Below, piece after piece: positions 36,286-46,655 of a stretch of 64,000 nucleotides of DNA. Positions within the stretch are counted from its first letter, which is position 1, and the number at the start of each line of letters is the position of its first letter. Origin of the DNA: an uncultured Anaerolineaceae bacterium (lineage in GTDB: Bacteria > Chloroflexota > Anaerolineae > Anaerolineales > E44-bin32); assembly GCA_964388955.1 (NCBI GenBank), contig CAYMCO010000015.1, positions 21,266-85,265 of the forward strand, in the 5' to 3' direction. The notes below the pieces were generated by a model. The model saw only the letters and a list, made by a program, of their open reading frames with translations. It ran no database searches and was not told where the DNA came from. The position numbers and the translations under genes are program-made.

Positions 36286-37662
36286 CTACCTTCCGGATTC
36301 AGCCGCCTGGGAACTTGGCAGGCGGATCAGGAATGTAGTTCCCTCCCCGAGTTCGCTTTCGGCCCAGATCTGGCCCCCATGCAGTTCGACGATCGACCTG
36401 GCGATGGCCAGGCCCAATCCCGCCCCACCGGTCTCTCGACCCCGGGATTTGTCCGTTCGGTAGAAGCGTTCGAACACGCGGGGCAGGTCCTCCGGCGCGA
36501 TCCCGGGGCCGGTATCCTGCACGGCCAGCTCCACCTCGTCATCATAGCGTCTTGCGCCCAAGGTGATCCGGCCGCCATGCGGCGTGTGCCGCAGGGCGTT
36601 GCTCAGCAGGTTGCCCAGCACCTGCGCCATGCGGTCCGGATCAATGGACAGGTCTGGCAGATCCTGCTCCACCTCCGTCGCCAATGAGATCCCTCTCTTA
36701 TCCGCAAGTGGCCGGTGGGCGGCGATTGCCCGAGCAAGCAGGGTTCTTGGCTCCACCCGCCGGCGCACCAAGCTCAATTCCCCGGTCTCCACCCGAGAGA
36801 GGGTCGCCAGATCTTCGATCAAGCGGCTCAGTCGCCCGGCCTCCTCGCGGATGATTTCGAAGGTCTCGGATGAGGGGGGCAGGACGCCATCATCGATGGC
36901 ATCGACGTGCCCCAGGATAAGGCTGGTGGGAGTGCGCAGCTCGTGGGCGATATCCGCCGTCATCTGGCGCCGCATATCGCGCGCCTTCTTTAGCTCGGCG
37001 CTCATCCGATTGAATGAGGCCGCCAGCTCTCCCAACTCGTCGCGCGAACGCACTGTGACCTGTTGGTCGAGATCGCCCTCCGCCACCGCGCGGGTCGCCT
37101 TGGTCAGTTCGCTGATCGGACGGGTGAGTGTTCGAGCCAGCAGGACCCCCAGGATGAGCGACACGGCCGCCGCCCCCACTGCGCCGGTCGCCAGAGTCCT
37201 GTTCATGCGGTTCAAGAACAGGGCCTCGGCTGGGCTGCGCCGGAACTGCTCCCGGGGCGCGATCAGCCATCCAACCGTCTTTCCGCCGACCTGGAGGGGT
37301 GTGGCGGCGGTCAGAACCACCTCGCTCACATGCTGCCCGGGCCGAAATCCTGGGCCACCCAAGAGGACGACGCCTTCTTCATCGATGAGAGTCGGCCCGG
37401 CGACCCACCGTGCTCCTGGCCGTTCTCTGGCAAAAGGGATCTCTCCCGGGAAGAGAAAGCGAGGGCCGATGCCCTGCCATCCATCATGAAGGGAGTAGTA
37501 CTCCTGCAATTGGTCAATGAATGAAGCCTGATATTGGTCAAAGATGAATCGACCGAACTCGCTCTCTGTGGTTCGGCTGGCAAAGAGGGCGATGAATCCC
37601 ACCCCGATCAATCCCACAATCAGAAAGGCAACCAGAAGCTTAATGCTCAGGCTCAGGCGCAT
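36286..37662 (-). CDS. sensor histidine kinase (TM-sensor-HAMP-HisKA-HATPase)
   Basis: H box ADIAHELRTPTSLILGHVD, N box NLLSNALRHTP, G boxes DTGPGI and GGAGLGLAIARS. Confidence 0.9.
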   Translation of the reverse strand: MRLSLSIKLLVAFLIVGLIGVGFIALFASRTTESEFGRFIFDQYQASFIDQLQEYYSLHDGWQGIGPRFLFPGEIPFARERPGARWVAGPTLIDEEGVVLLGGPGFRPGQHVSEVVLTAATPLQVGGKTVGWLIAPREQFRRSPAEALFLNRMNRTLATGAVGAAAVSLILGVLLARTLTRPISELTKATRAVAEGDLDQQVTVRSRDELGELAASFNRMSAELKKARDMRRQMTADIAHELRTPTSLILGHVDAIDDGVLPPSSETFEIIREEAGRLSRLIEDLATLSRVETGELSLVRRRVEPRTLLARAIAAHRPLADKRGISLATEVEQDLPDLSIDPDRMAQVLGNLLSNALRHTPHGGRITLGARRYDDEVELAVQDTGPGIAPEDLPRVFERFYRTDKSRGRETGGAGLGLAIARSIVELHGGQIWAESELGEGTTFLIRLPSSQAAESGR

Positions 37663-37668
37663 GCCGAT

Positions 37669-38352
37669 CTAATCCTTTGCCAGCCGATATCCGACGCCGT
37701 ATACCGTTTGAATGTAGCGCGGCGAACCGGGATCCGGCTCAATCTTAGCGCGCAGGTTCTTGACGTGCACGTCAATCGTGCGTTCGTATCCCTCGTGGGA
37801 GGTCCCCTGCACTCGATCCAGCAGTTCCAGCCGGGAGAAGGCGCGCCCCGGAGCGGACATCAATGTGGCCAGCAAGTCGAACTCCGAGGGGGTGAGATCC
37901 ACGGACTCGCCGCTCACCGTCACCACATGCGCCTCACGGTCGAGGGTGATTTCCCCACTGCGCAGCACCTCGGCCCTGGGCGCGGTTTCCCCGACCCGCC
38001 GAAGAAGCGCTCGAATGCGGGCAAGAAGCTCGCGCGGCCGGAAGGGCTTCGTCACATAATCATCTGCGCCGAGCTCCAGCCCGATGACCTTGTCCTCCTC
38101 CTCGACTCTGGCCGTAAGCATGATGATGGGGGTAGCCCGTTCTCTGCGATGCAGCCGCATGAATTCATAGCCGTCCATTTCGGGCATCATGACGTCCAGG
38201 ACAATCAGATCCGGCTTCTCGTGCCGCGCCTGGAAAATGGCCTCGCGGCCATTATAGGCTTTCACGACTCGAAAGCCGGCTTGCTTGAGATAAGCCTCGA
38301 GCACAGATACCAGCCGCTCTTCGTCATCCACCACCATGATCGTCTTCGCCAT
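37669..38352 (-). CDS. OmpR-family response regulator
   Basis: MAKTIMVVDDEERL...PDLIVLDVMMPEMDG, with C-terminal wHTH ...RYIQTVYGVGYRL. The start is at ATG 38352. Confidence 0.9.
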   Translation of the reverse strand: MAKTIMVVDDEERLVSVLEAYLKQAGFRVVKAYNGREAIFQARHEKPDLIVLDVMMPEMDGYEFMRLHRRERATPIIMLTARVEEEDKVIGLELGADDYVTKPFRPRELLARIRALLRRVGETAPRAEVLRSGEITLDREAHVVTVSGESVDLTPSEFDLLATLMSAPGRAFSRLELLDRVQGTSHEGYERTIDVHVKNLRAKIEPDPGSPRYIQTVYGVGYRLAKD

Positions 38353-38546
38353 CTCGTACCTCGTCAATCTTCTTCCGATCGGTCGACCAACCGGCCGCAG
38401 CATGCTGCGCTCCTGCGGCTGCCGGCGAAGAATCAATCACTTGACCGTAGACGATCCACCCAGTTCATTCCCCCTTCAACAGGCGTCGCTCTCGCCGGGA
38501 AATCCCACGCGCCGATCCCGGCGGGCTGGGCGGTCGCATGCGCGCC

Positions 38547-39527
38547 TCACTCATCCCCCTCACCCAACCACTGCGATACCAAAGCCTCAATGTCCATATC
38601 CCCCGCGTTCGGCAGCTCCCTCAGCGCCTCGGTGAGCGAGCTGCGCACCTCATCCACGTCGCCGCCGGCCCCCTCGATAATCGACGCCAGCGTCTCACCG
38701 TCGTTGATCTTCGCCTGGATTTCCTCCCCGCTGAGACCCGTCGCATCTTCCACGACGCCATATACCACGCTGAAGGGCCCCCTTTCCTGCCCCTGGGAGA
38801 TCTTCCCCGTCTTGATCTCTAACGCACGGACAACCGCCCCTATGAGCGCTACTTCCTGAAAGCTGCCGTCATCCCCTCCGGCGAACTGCGCCCGGCGCGT
38901 GGCCAAGGCTTCTGGGTCCATGCCCTCCGTGAAACCGCTGTTGGGCCCGCCTTCTGGAACGCCGCCGAAAAACCCACCCCCCTGATCTCCACCGGGGCCG
39001 CCTCCCTGGAAACCGCCCGGCGGCACGGAGAACACGAACGCCCCTTCAGGGGGAACAAGGCCGCCGAAATCCCCTCGGTCATCCCCGCTGCCCGCGGTGA
39101 ACACACCCCGTCCAACGCTCAGCTCTCCCTTCTCGATCATGCTCGCCAGACCATCATTCGTCAGCTTCATCTCCGCTATGGCCCCAATCTGGTCGGAACT
39201 CATGCCCTCCTGTATCTGATTATAGATGGCATCGATCTCCTGCGGCGCGGCGGTGTCGCTCGTCACCAAGCTGCGCGCGGCCTGCCACAGAGGCAATAGT
39301 TCCGCTGCCTGAGTTTCATCGACGGCCAGTTCCCCGCCTTCCAGCAGCAGGGTGCCTGCAGCGAGCTGCGTCCCGACGGAAAGGGCGTCACCGTAGTTGT
39401 CCTGAAGGCGCGGGCTCTCGCCGGATGGCCCCGCCGGGCTGCCCGCCACCCCATTTGGGGAACCGCACGCCGCCAACATCGCCGCCAGTGTCAAGCCGAT
39501 CAAGAGAGAGAACCCTCTCGTTCTCAT
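38547..39527 (-). CDS. secreted lipoprotein with Gly-rich segment, unknown function
   Basis: MRTRGFSLLIGLTLAAMLAACG (signal plus lipobox). It has the internal stretch GGFQGGGPGGDQGGGFFGG and helical repeats of the type E.I.A.I..G.TLA.II. GGAGAAGG lies upstream of ATG 39527. Confidence 0.6.
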   Translation of the reverse strand: MRTRGFSLLIGLTLAAMLAACGSPNGVAGSPAGPSGESPRLQDNYGDALSVGTQLAAGTLLLEGGELAVDETQAAELLPLWQAARSLVTSDTAAPQEIDAIYNQIQEGMSSDQIGAIAEMKLTNDGLASMIEKGELSVGRGVFTAGSGDDRGDFGGLVPPEGAFVFSVPPGGFQGGGPGGDQGGGFFGGVPEGGPNSGFTEGMDPEALATRRAQFAGGDDGSFQEVALIGAVVRALEIKTGKISQGQERGPFSVVYGVVEDATGLSGEEIQAKINDGETLASIIEGAGGDVDEVRSSLTEALRELPNAGDMDIEALVSQWLGEGDE

Positions 39528-39543
39528 AACCTTCTCCTTTCTT

Positions 39544-40788
39544 TCATTCATGCCGCAGCGCCTCAATGGGTTCGAGTTGGGCGGCCCGATTGGCCGGGTA
39601 GAACCCGAAGAATATGCCCACGCCCGAGGCAGAGATGAACGCCAGAACGATCGATGAGAGCGCGATCACGGTGCGCAGGTCGCTCACTGCTCCGAAGACC
39701 AATGCCCCACCCACGCCGGCGAGGATGCCGATCAACCCCCCGGCCAAGCTCAGGACCACCGCTTCCGTCAGGAACTGCCAGCGGATGTCACTCGGAGTGG
39801 CGCCGACCGCTTGCCGGATGCCGATCTCGCGCGTCCGCTCCGTCACGCTCACCAGCATGATATTCATGATGCCGATCCCACCGACGATCAGCGAAACTCC
39901 GGCCACCCAGGCGAGAAGGTTGCGGAAGGCCGCGGTCGTCGCCTCCTGTGTGTCGATGATATCCTGCTGCGTGGTGACCGTGAAATCGGCCTCCTCGAGC
40001 GACACATCGTGGCGTTTGGCGAGCAGGAAGGAGAGCTGCTGAATGACGTTGTCCATGACGTCTTGGCTCTCCACCTTCACGTATATCACCCGCACCCGAT
40101 CCCCCATGAAGCGCGCGAATTGGCTGGGGGTGAACTTCTGAAAGACCACTGTGATTGGCGTGTAGAGCTGCGAATCAAAATCCACTCCGCTCACCGTCCC
40201 CCGATGGGCAAAGGCGCCGATCACGGTCAGTTTGGTTCCGCCCACATTGACCACCTGGCCGATGGGATCCGCATCGCCGAAGAGCTCCTGGGCCAGGGCA
40301 GCGCCCAAGACGGCAATCTTCTGCTTGCGGTCCACCTCTTCTTGATTGAAGTACCGCCCTTTATCCAGCTCCACATCGCGCACGGCGGGAAAACCCGCCG
40401 TGGATCCGAGAATCGTCACATTCTCGAGCGTCACATCGCCGGCCCTCACCGTTTCCACCGAGGATTGCTCCACAACGACGGCTTCCACGCCTGCCACCTG
40501 ATCCGCGATGGCAAAAGCGTCGTCGTAGACCAAGCCACCGCTGGAACCGCCCTCCGCGAAGCCGCCCGTGCGCGGCCCTCCCCGGCTGAATCCCGCCCGG
40601 ACGTAGACCAGGTTCGATCCCAGGCCCGTAATCTGCTCTTCGATGGACGCCTCGGTCCCGGCGTTGATGGAAACCATGACAATGACGGAGGCGACACCGA
40701 TGATGATGCCGAGCATGGTCAGGAGCGAGCGCAGCTTATTGTTCCCGATGCTTTCCAGTGCGAGGCGGATCAGCTCAGTCGGATTCAC
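39544..40788 (-). CDS. MacB/FtsX-type ABC transporter permease
   Basis: GTG 40788 with a GGAAGGGAAGGA SD. NPTELIRLALESIGNNKLRSLLTMLGIIIGVASVI, a large periplasmic domain, then a C-terminal FtsX 3-TM bundle. Confidence 0.85.
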   Translation of the reverse strand: MNPTELIRLALESIGNNKLRSLLTMLGIIIGVASVIVMVSINAGTEASIEEQITGLGSNLVYVRAGFSRGGPRTGGFAEGGSSGGLVYDDAFAIADQVAGVEAVVVEQSSVETVRAGDVTLENVTILGSTAGFPAVRDVELDKGRYFNQEEVDRKQKIAVLGAALAQELFGDADPIGQVVNVGGTKLTVIGAFAHRGTVSGVDFDSQLYTPITVVFQKFTPSQFARFMGDRVRVIYVKVESQDVMDNVIQQLSFLLAKRHDVSLEEADFTVTTQQDIIDTQEATTAAFRNLLAWVAGVSLIVGGIGIMNIMLVSVTERTREIGIRQAVGATPSDIRWQFLTEAVVLSLAGGLIGILAGVGGALVFGAVSDLRTVIALSSIVLAFISASGVGIFFGFYPANRAAQLEPIEALRHE

Positions 40789-41524
40789 GGTCCTTCCCTT
40801 CCGCGGTCCCACTGGCGGGTCCGTGACCGTTGTGAATGACTTCATCAATTCGCCCGTCGACGAGGTGGATGGTGCGCCCCGTGTGGGCAGCGATCCCCGG
40901 GTCGTGGGTGACCATCACAATCGTGCGCCCATCGTCATTCAGCCTGTGCAGCAGCTCCATGATCTCCTCGCCGGATTGGCTGTCCAGGTTGCCGGTGGGC
41001 TCATCCGCCAAGATCAGGAGCGGATCGGCAACCAACGCACGAGCAATCGCCACTCGCTGCTGCTCCCCGCCGGACATCTCCCGGGGCAGATGGTGCGCGC
41101 GGTCGGCCAACCCGACCGCCGCGAGCAATCCGCGGGCCATCGCCTCCCTCTCCTCAGGTGCCCGTCTGTGATCCCGTGAATAGAGCAGGGGCGTCATCAC
41201 ATTCTTCAATGCGGAGGTCCGCGCCAGCAGATTGTGGGATTGAAAGACAAAGCCGATGCGCTGGTTGCGGATGTGCGCCATCCGGGTTCGGTCCAGCTTG
41301 CTGACGTCCACCCCATCCAGGATATAGCGGCCGTCCGTCGGCCGATCCAGGCATCCGAGGATGTTCATCAGAGTACTCTTGCCGGACCCCGACGGCCCCA
41401 TGACGGCCACGAACTCCCCTTTATTGATCGTGATGCTCACCTCGTCCAGTGCCGCCACGCTGATCTCCCCCATGCCGTAGATCTTGCTGACGCCGATGGT
41501 CTGGATGATCACCTCCTCAACCAT
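40775..41524 (-). CDS. ABC transporter ATP-binding protein (MacB/LolD type)
   Basis: Walker A GPSGSGKST, signature LSGGEQQRVAIARAL, Walker B LILADEPTGNLD. Confidence 0.9.
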   Translation of the reverse strand: MVEEVIIQTIGVSKIYGMGEISVAALDEVSITINKGEFVAVMGPSGSGKSTLMNILGCLDRPTDGRYILDGVDVSKLDRTRMAHIRNQRIGFVFQSHNLLARTSALKNVMTPLLYSRDHRRAPEEREAMARGLLAAVGLADRAHHLPREMSGGEQQRVAIARALVADPLLILADEPTGNLDSQSGEEIMELLHRLNDDGRTIVMVTHDPGIAAHTGRTIHLVDGRIDEVIHNGHGPASGTAEGKDRESD

Positions 41525-42939
41525 TACTGGGTCTCCACAACCCCGGTGCTCACCACCTCTCCGACCTCCAATCCGGACTTGATCTCCGCGAAGGTGAGGT
41601 CATTCAGACCCACCTCCACCGGGCGCAGTTTCAATTGTCCATCTTCATCCACCACGAAGACCGCATATTCGCCGGGCGAAATCTCATGCAGCGCTTCGAC
41701 GGGAACCAGCGCCACCCCCTGGGCCCGCGCCGCGATGACGTCCACGGAGGCGTTCATGCCCAGCAGCAGTTGATCTGCGGCGGAGCTCGGGATCTCATCC
41801 AGCCTGGCCAACCCCCGGATGGCAGACAGCCCGCCTGAGGTGTACAGGGAGGGGTCCACGTTGATGACGGTCCCTGTGAATACCTGATCGGGCAAGGCAT
41901 CGAAAGTCGCCTCGACCTCGTATCCCACCGCCACATTGTCCACATCCGTCTCATCCAGGTAGATGTCCAGATAGAGCTGATTCAGATCCGCCATGGTTAT
42001 GAAAGGACCGGAAACGCTATCGCCCACCTGCACATCCACAGCCAGGATGGTGCCATCGATGGGCGCCACGATGACGGACTGATCGAGCTTGTGCCTCGAG
42101 ACGGCGAGATTGGCCTGCGCGGTCACAAGCTGGAGCTGGAGCCGGGCCGCTTCGTCCGGATCGGGCCCGTCTTTCAACCGGTCCCATTCGCGCTGAGCCA
42201 TCTCCACATTCGCGCGCGCTTCTTCGAGTTTGGCTTCCAAGATGCCCCGCTCGGTCCCGGTCGCGCCGCCTTGCAGCCAATTCACATACCAAACAGCTTG
42301 ATCATAGGCTTTCTGGGCGTCCGCCAGTTCGATCTTGGCCTGCGCCTTGGCGCCGCCAGATGCGTGGTCCAAATTCGTCCGCGCCTGAGCGAGCCGTTTC
42401 TCAGCCACCTTCACCTCGGCTTGAGCGGCACTGAGGGTAATCGCCGTTGCGCGGTTCCCGGGCTGGTTAAGATTCCATTGATACTCCGCCTCATCCAGGG
42501 CGTCCTGCGCGTTTGCGAGATCCAAGTGCGCCTGCGCGGCCGCCAGATCAGCGCCTTCGTTCAGATCTGCCAGCGCTTGCTGCGCCTCCAACACGGCCAG
42601 CTCATCCGTGGACACATCCAACTCCAATTGCTCGCGATCCCCCTCCTTCGCGAGCACATCCCCCGTTTGGACCCCATCACCAGGGCTGACGTTGAGCTCC
42701 GCAACCTCGCCGCTTGCCCCAAAACCCAACTCCTTCTCATCAGCGACTCTCAGGGTGCCGGATCCGCTGGCGTACAGCGTTATGTCGCCCTGACGCACGA
42801 CCGTGGTCCGGAGCTCGGGTTCACTTGGGGCCTGACTTGGGAAATACACCCACCGGTAGTAGCCGAACCCGCTGGCGATCAATACGGCCGCCAGGCCCAA
42901 TCCAATCAAGACGCTCTTTCTCTTCAACGCAGATATCAT
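41524..42939 (-). CDS. periplasmic adaptor (HlyD/MFP family) of the MacAB-like pump
   Basis: ATG 42939, MISALKRKSVLIGLGLAAVLIASG (anchor). It has a long coiled-coil hairpin (LAVLEAQQALADL...LDLANAQDALDEAEY...) and C-terminal beta-barrel blocks. Its stop overlaps the ATPase start (TAATG). Confidence 0.8.
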   Translation of the reverse strand: MISALKRKSVLIGLGLAAVLIASGFGYYRWVYFPSQAPSEPELRTTVVRQGDITLYASGSGTLRVADEKELGFGASGEVAELNVSPGDGVQTGDVLAKEGDREQLELDVSTDELAVLEAQQALADLNEGADLAAAQAHLDLANAQDALDEAEYQWNLNQPGNRATAITLSAAQAEVKVAEKRLAQARTNLDHASGGAKAQAKIELADAQKAYDQAVWYVNWLQGGATGTERGILEAKLEEARANVEMAQREWDRLKDGPDPDEAARLQLQLVTAQANLAVSRHKLDQSVIVAPIDGTILAVDVQVGDSVSGPFITMADLNQLYLDIYLDETDVDNVAVGYEVEATFDALPDQVFTGTVINVDPSLYTSGGLSAIRGLARLDEIPSSAADQLLLGMNASVDVIAARAQGVALVPVEALHEISPGEYAVFVVDEDGQLKLRPVEVGLNDLTFAEIKSGLEVGEVVSTGVVETQ

Positions 42940-43313
42940 GATTCCCCTCCCCACCTGCTTGGAGCGGCAACCCTCGCGCAAGTATAGGTAATGGATATGA
43001 AGCTGGAGTGAGGAAGTTGTGTAAGTATTATGAAGGTGCTTCGGGGTTCCAACCTTCTTTCCCACTCGCAAACAGGCACAAGCCTCCTAAAGAAGACTCG
43101 GGGATGCGCCGGCGCCTGAGGCGGACAGGCCCAATGTGACTCGCAGTCCGGCAGAACCGGTTGCCTCTCTCGTCGCCCCACCCATTGGAACTCCGAGCAC
43201 AGCGTTCGAGCGGAGAGAGTGACACCTCCCTCCGCTCGCCGGTCGCCCGAACGGATTTCCTCCTCATGCTGGTTCGTTCCCCAGGCCCAGGACTCTGCCG
43301 GGCTCGAATTGCG

Positions 43314-43823
43314 CTACCTGCCCCAGCCAAATCCGGGCCCAAAGCCGCGCAAACGGCCTCCGAGGAAGCCGAGGTCGAACCCCTGCAGCAGCCAGTCCCC
43401 TTGCTCCTGGGTCAGGCGCCCGCTGTCGACCGCGTCTTGGACCGCTTGCCTGGCCGCATCCTGGCAGGCGGTTTCGACCGCCTGGCGGAGGTCCGCCAGA
43501 TCCACGCCGGCCCGATCCGCCAGGTCCGCAAGGGTTCTGCCACCCCAGAGTTGGGTGGACAGCTCATCCTCTGTCATGTCCAGCGCCTCCGCGGCCGCTG
43601 CCAGACCCTCCTGCCCACACCTCCCGCGACCAAAGCCGATCCCCCGGCCGAACCTGCCTGGGCCAAAGCCGAGGCCATCAAATCGTGAGGGACTGACGTT
43701 TACTTGTGCCGAGCTAGCGGAGGGCTCCTGGGCTTCGCTCTCAAACGCCCGAAAACCCAGCAGCGCACCCGCGCCCAAAAGCGCCACAACCGCAATTCCC
43801 CCGATCTTCGCCAACTTGCTCAT
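43314..43823 (-). CDS. secreted Gly/Arg/Phe-rich protein, unknown function
   Basis: MSKLAKIGGIAVVALLGAGALLG (signal/anchor). GFGPGRFGRGIGFGRGR and GFLGGRLRGFGPGFGWGR flank a helical core (LDMTEDELSTQLWGGRTLADLADRAGVDLADLRQAV). GGAGGTG lies upstream of the start. Confidence 0.6.
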   Translation of the reverse strand: MSKLAKIGGIAVVALLGAGALLGFRAFESEAQEPSASSAQVNVSPSRFDGLGFGPGRFGRGIGFGRGRCGQEGLAAAAEALDMTEDELSTQLWGGRTLADLADRAGVDLADLRQAVETACQDAARQAVQDAVDSGRLTQEQGDWLLQGFDLGFLGGRLRGFGPGFGWGR

Positions 43824-44404
43824 TAACGCTCACCTCCATACGGGTGATCCTACGCTCTTCGAAACTGGCCCGGTGCCCGACCATTGTGCCCGGGCCCCGC
43901 GATTCCTCAACTTTCCTCGATAGACAAACTCCTTTCACCCAGGAGCCTCCTGCGGAAGCGCCGGCCATCAAGCAACCTGCTTCAAGATAGCGAAGAGTTG
44001 TTCAGGACTTATGAAGAGTCGATTTGGATTGTGTAGGCTCCGACAGGTGAACGGTGTCCCGGCCGGTGGGGGATCATGGGCGTCCGGGGCCGGGGGGTGC
44101 GATCGGGGGCACTTCGCGCAGGAGCCGGTATGAGGCCGAACCCTACGATCTTGCTTCTGGGGGGGTCGGGCAGCGCGCAGGGCAGCACTGCATGCCCCCC
44201 CTCCCCCGCTCAGCACGCCTGTCGCTACCCCTCGCGCAATCGGCGCACGTCACTCGAGATGGCTCTCCCGGCTATCTGTCTCTCCGCAGAGCGGCATGTC
44301 GGGAAAGGTTTGGCCTGCCGGGGCGCATCTGGAGAGGTGTGGGCGGTACGGGCTGGATTCTCGAGTTTACCACCCGGTATGAGTGACACTCGGACGAACC
44401 CGGC

Positions 44405-45661
44405 CTATCTCACCCCGGTGAGATACCAGGTGAGCATCTCCCCCCGGCCCTTGACTGGAACGATCCCGCGCGGCTCAAAGAGAAAATCATCCTTCAGCAG
44501 GTCATGGGTGACCTCGCTGACCTGGATCTTCCCGATCTCGCCCTGCGATTCCATTCGGCTGGCGATGTTGACCGTGTCGCCCCACAGATCGTAGTGGAAC
44601 TTCGTCTTGCCGATCACCCCACCCACCATGGGGCCGGAGCTTATCCCCATCCGGAAGGCGATCTTCCTCCCGTTCCGCGCCGGAATGCGTTCGAGGCGTT
44701 CGCACATCTCCAACGCCATACGGGCCAGAGCCTGCGCATGATCCTCGCGCCGGCGAGGCGCTCCCGAGGCGACCATGTAGTTGTCCCCAATGGTGCGTAT
44801 CTTCTCCAGACCATATCTTTCCACCACATTGTCAAACGCTGAGAAGACCTCGTTGAGCCAATCGACGATCTCACCCGGCTCCATATGCGCGAAGAGCGAG
44901 GTGGAGCCGACGATATCCGCAAAGAGCACGCTGGCGCAGTCAAAGTTGTCCGCGATCGTCTGGCCGCTCTCCTTCAGCCGCGGTGCGATCTCGGCCGGGA
45001 GCACGTTGAGCAATAGCTTCTCAGAGCGCTCCTGTTCCGCGTTCAGCAATTGATAGGCCCTGTCCTTCTCCTTCACGAAGTAGTAGAGCAGGAAGAATGC
45101 GATCCCGGACACCGCACCGAGGTTGAGCATGAAGAAAAGCGGCACGATCATCTCCGGCGGCAGATTGTTATGGTGCCGGGTGTAGGGCTGCAACAGGCTT
45201 CCGAGCACCAGAAAGCCGATATACATCAACATCCAGCGGGGCGCCTTTTCCGGCCGGTCGAAGACGAGCGCCGCCATGGGACACAGCAGCGACCACAAAA
45301 CGACCGCGCTGGAATTGACATAGCCTCCGAGCGCAACCATCAACAAGAACGGGAGCAGCAGGATCAGCACCAACTGCGCGCTGCGATAGAGCTCGTAACG
45401 TCGCGTAAGGAGGAATGCGACAAATGTCAAGAGCGAGAAGCCGCTGTAACTCAGAGGGATGGCTCCCGCAAGCGGTTCGCCAAAGGCCAGGTACAGCACC
45501 CCCCAGAGCGCCCCGGCCAGGATGACCAGGAAGCTGACGCGTACGAGCAGGGCTTTTCGGAGTTTCGACTCGGCGTCGTCGCCAGGCGCTGCCACCAGGT
45601 CCGCCAGGCGGCGGAGCAGGTCTTCTCCGGAGAAACCGCTGCCCAGGTCCATTTCAATCAT
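44405..45661 (-). CDS. membrane-bound class III adenylate/guanylate cyclase
   Basis: ATG 45661 with GGAGGAG upstream. Six hydrophobic helices are followed by the cyclase domain VLFADIVGSTSL...KIRTIGDNYMVASG...GPMVGGVIGKTKFHYDLWGDTVNIASRMES. Confidence 0.85.
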   Translation of the reverse strand: MIEMDLGSGFSGEDLLRRLADLVAAPGDDAESKLRKALLVRVSFLVILAGALWGVLYLAFGEPLAGAIPLSYSGFSLLTFVAFLLTRRYELYRSAQLVLILLLPFLLMVALGGYVNSSAVVLWSLLCPMAALVFDRPEKAPRWMLMYIGFLVLGSLLQPYTRHHNNLPPEMIVPLFFMLNLGAVSGIAFFLLYYFVKEKDRAYQLLNAEQERSEKLLLNVLPAEIAPRLKESGQTIADNFDCASVLFADIVGSTSLFAHMEPGEIVDWLNEVFSAFDNVVERYGLEKIRTIGDNYMVASGAPRRREDHAQALARMALEMCERLERIPARNGRKIAFRMGISSGPMVGGVIGKTKFHYDLWGDTVNIASRMESQGEIGKIQVSEVTHDLLKDDFLFEPRGIVPVKGRGEMLTWYLTGVR

Positions 45662-46087
45662 CTCCTCCGCCTCAACGCTCGCCGAAGCCTCCAGCCGCTC
45701 CCCCCAACAGCATCGTCGCCGAGGCCACCTCTCCCGCTGCGCGCTGGCCGCGGGCGCTGGCCAGCTCGATTGTGAATGCTCTTCCGATCCCTTCACACCG
45801 CGCCGGTCGCAGTGATTCATGGACATTATAGATCACCATAGTCCCTAAAAACAACCGGAGCCGTCTCGACAGCGGCCAACCGGCTCGTGGCGACGTGCAA
45901 GTGTTCTCGGGGTGTTTCGGAAGATAAACCGGAGGCCAGGACGGCGCGGCGATCGGGCGAATCCTTTCCCTCCACGCACAAATGACCGCCGGGGAGCCGA
46001 ATGCAGTCCGCAGCGACTCCCCGGCCCATCCAACAATGGCTATCCGGCCCTGGGAAGCAGCAGCAATCCTTGTGGGCGAAACAGGTC

Positions 46088-46441
46088 TCACCCAGCCTTG
46101 GCTTGGATCACCCTGGGCCGACGAGTCCATTCGGACCATGCCAACGTCCGGAGGGTGGAATAGTAGGCCGAGAAGATCCCTTGGACGAGGAGCAGCAGCG
46201 GCCAGAGCAGACAACAGAGCGAAATCACGATGCCGGGGACGAACAGCAGCAGGCCGATCACCAGACCGAGGGCGAGCTGCAGGACGAAAAGGACCAGCGC
46301 CGCGCCAAAGTTCTCCACCAGCACCTCAAACCCGCGTCGATAGGAGTCAACCACACCGCGATCCTCCAGCATGCAGGCGCGATTGGCGAAGGTCCGCAGC
46401 AGCGCCAACCCGAGGCTGGCCAGCACCAGAATGCAGGCCAC
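46088..46441 (-). other. possible C-terminal fragment of a membrane protein
   Basis: ...ACMLEDRGVVDSYRRGFEVLVENFGAALVLFVLQLALGLVIGLLLFVPGIVISL... looks protein-like, but there is no convincing N-terminus or SD. Confidence 0.3.
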
Positions 46442-46490
46442 CCCTTCCGGACTCGGATGAACGGAAATATACTAAGGAGCTTGAAGAAAA

Positions 46491-46607
46491 ATGCCTCTCC
46501 GCCGACGCCCGGCAGCGGGGTACGGAGGGTGGGTTTGCTCCTGGGGCGGGCGGGACGAATATGGCTGCTTTCTCGGAACGTGCGCGGTCAGAGGGGAGCC
46601 CGCTTGA
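46491..46607 (+). CDS. speculative 38-aa Gly/Cys/aromatic-rich peptide ORF
   Basis: An AT-rich patch with AAGGAG lies 11 nt before ATG 46491. The product is MPLRRRPAAGYGGWVCSWGGRDEYGCFLGTCAVRGEPA followed by a stop. It lies 49 nt upstream of the ABC-2 operon. The SD spacing is long and there is no homology evidence. Confidence 0.2.
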   Translation: MPLRRRPAAGYGGWVCSWGGRDEYGCFLGTCAVRGEPA

Positions 46608-46655
46608 ACGACACAGGAACCATTTAGCTGCATCTGTTGAGGACTGGAGCCCGGC

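Noticed and set aside
39811-40839. 342-aa + strand ORF
   Set aside because: It is antisense to the MacB/FtsX permease gene. It is a low-complexity H/R/D/G-rich translation.
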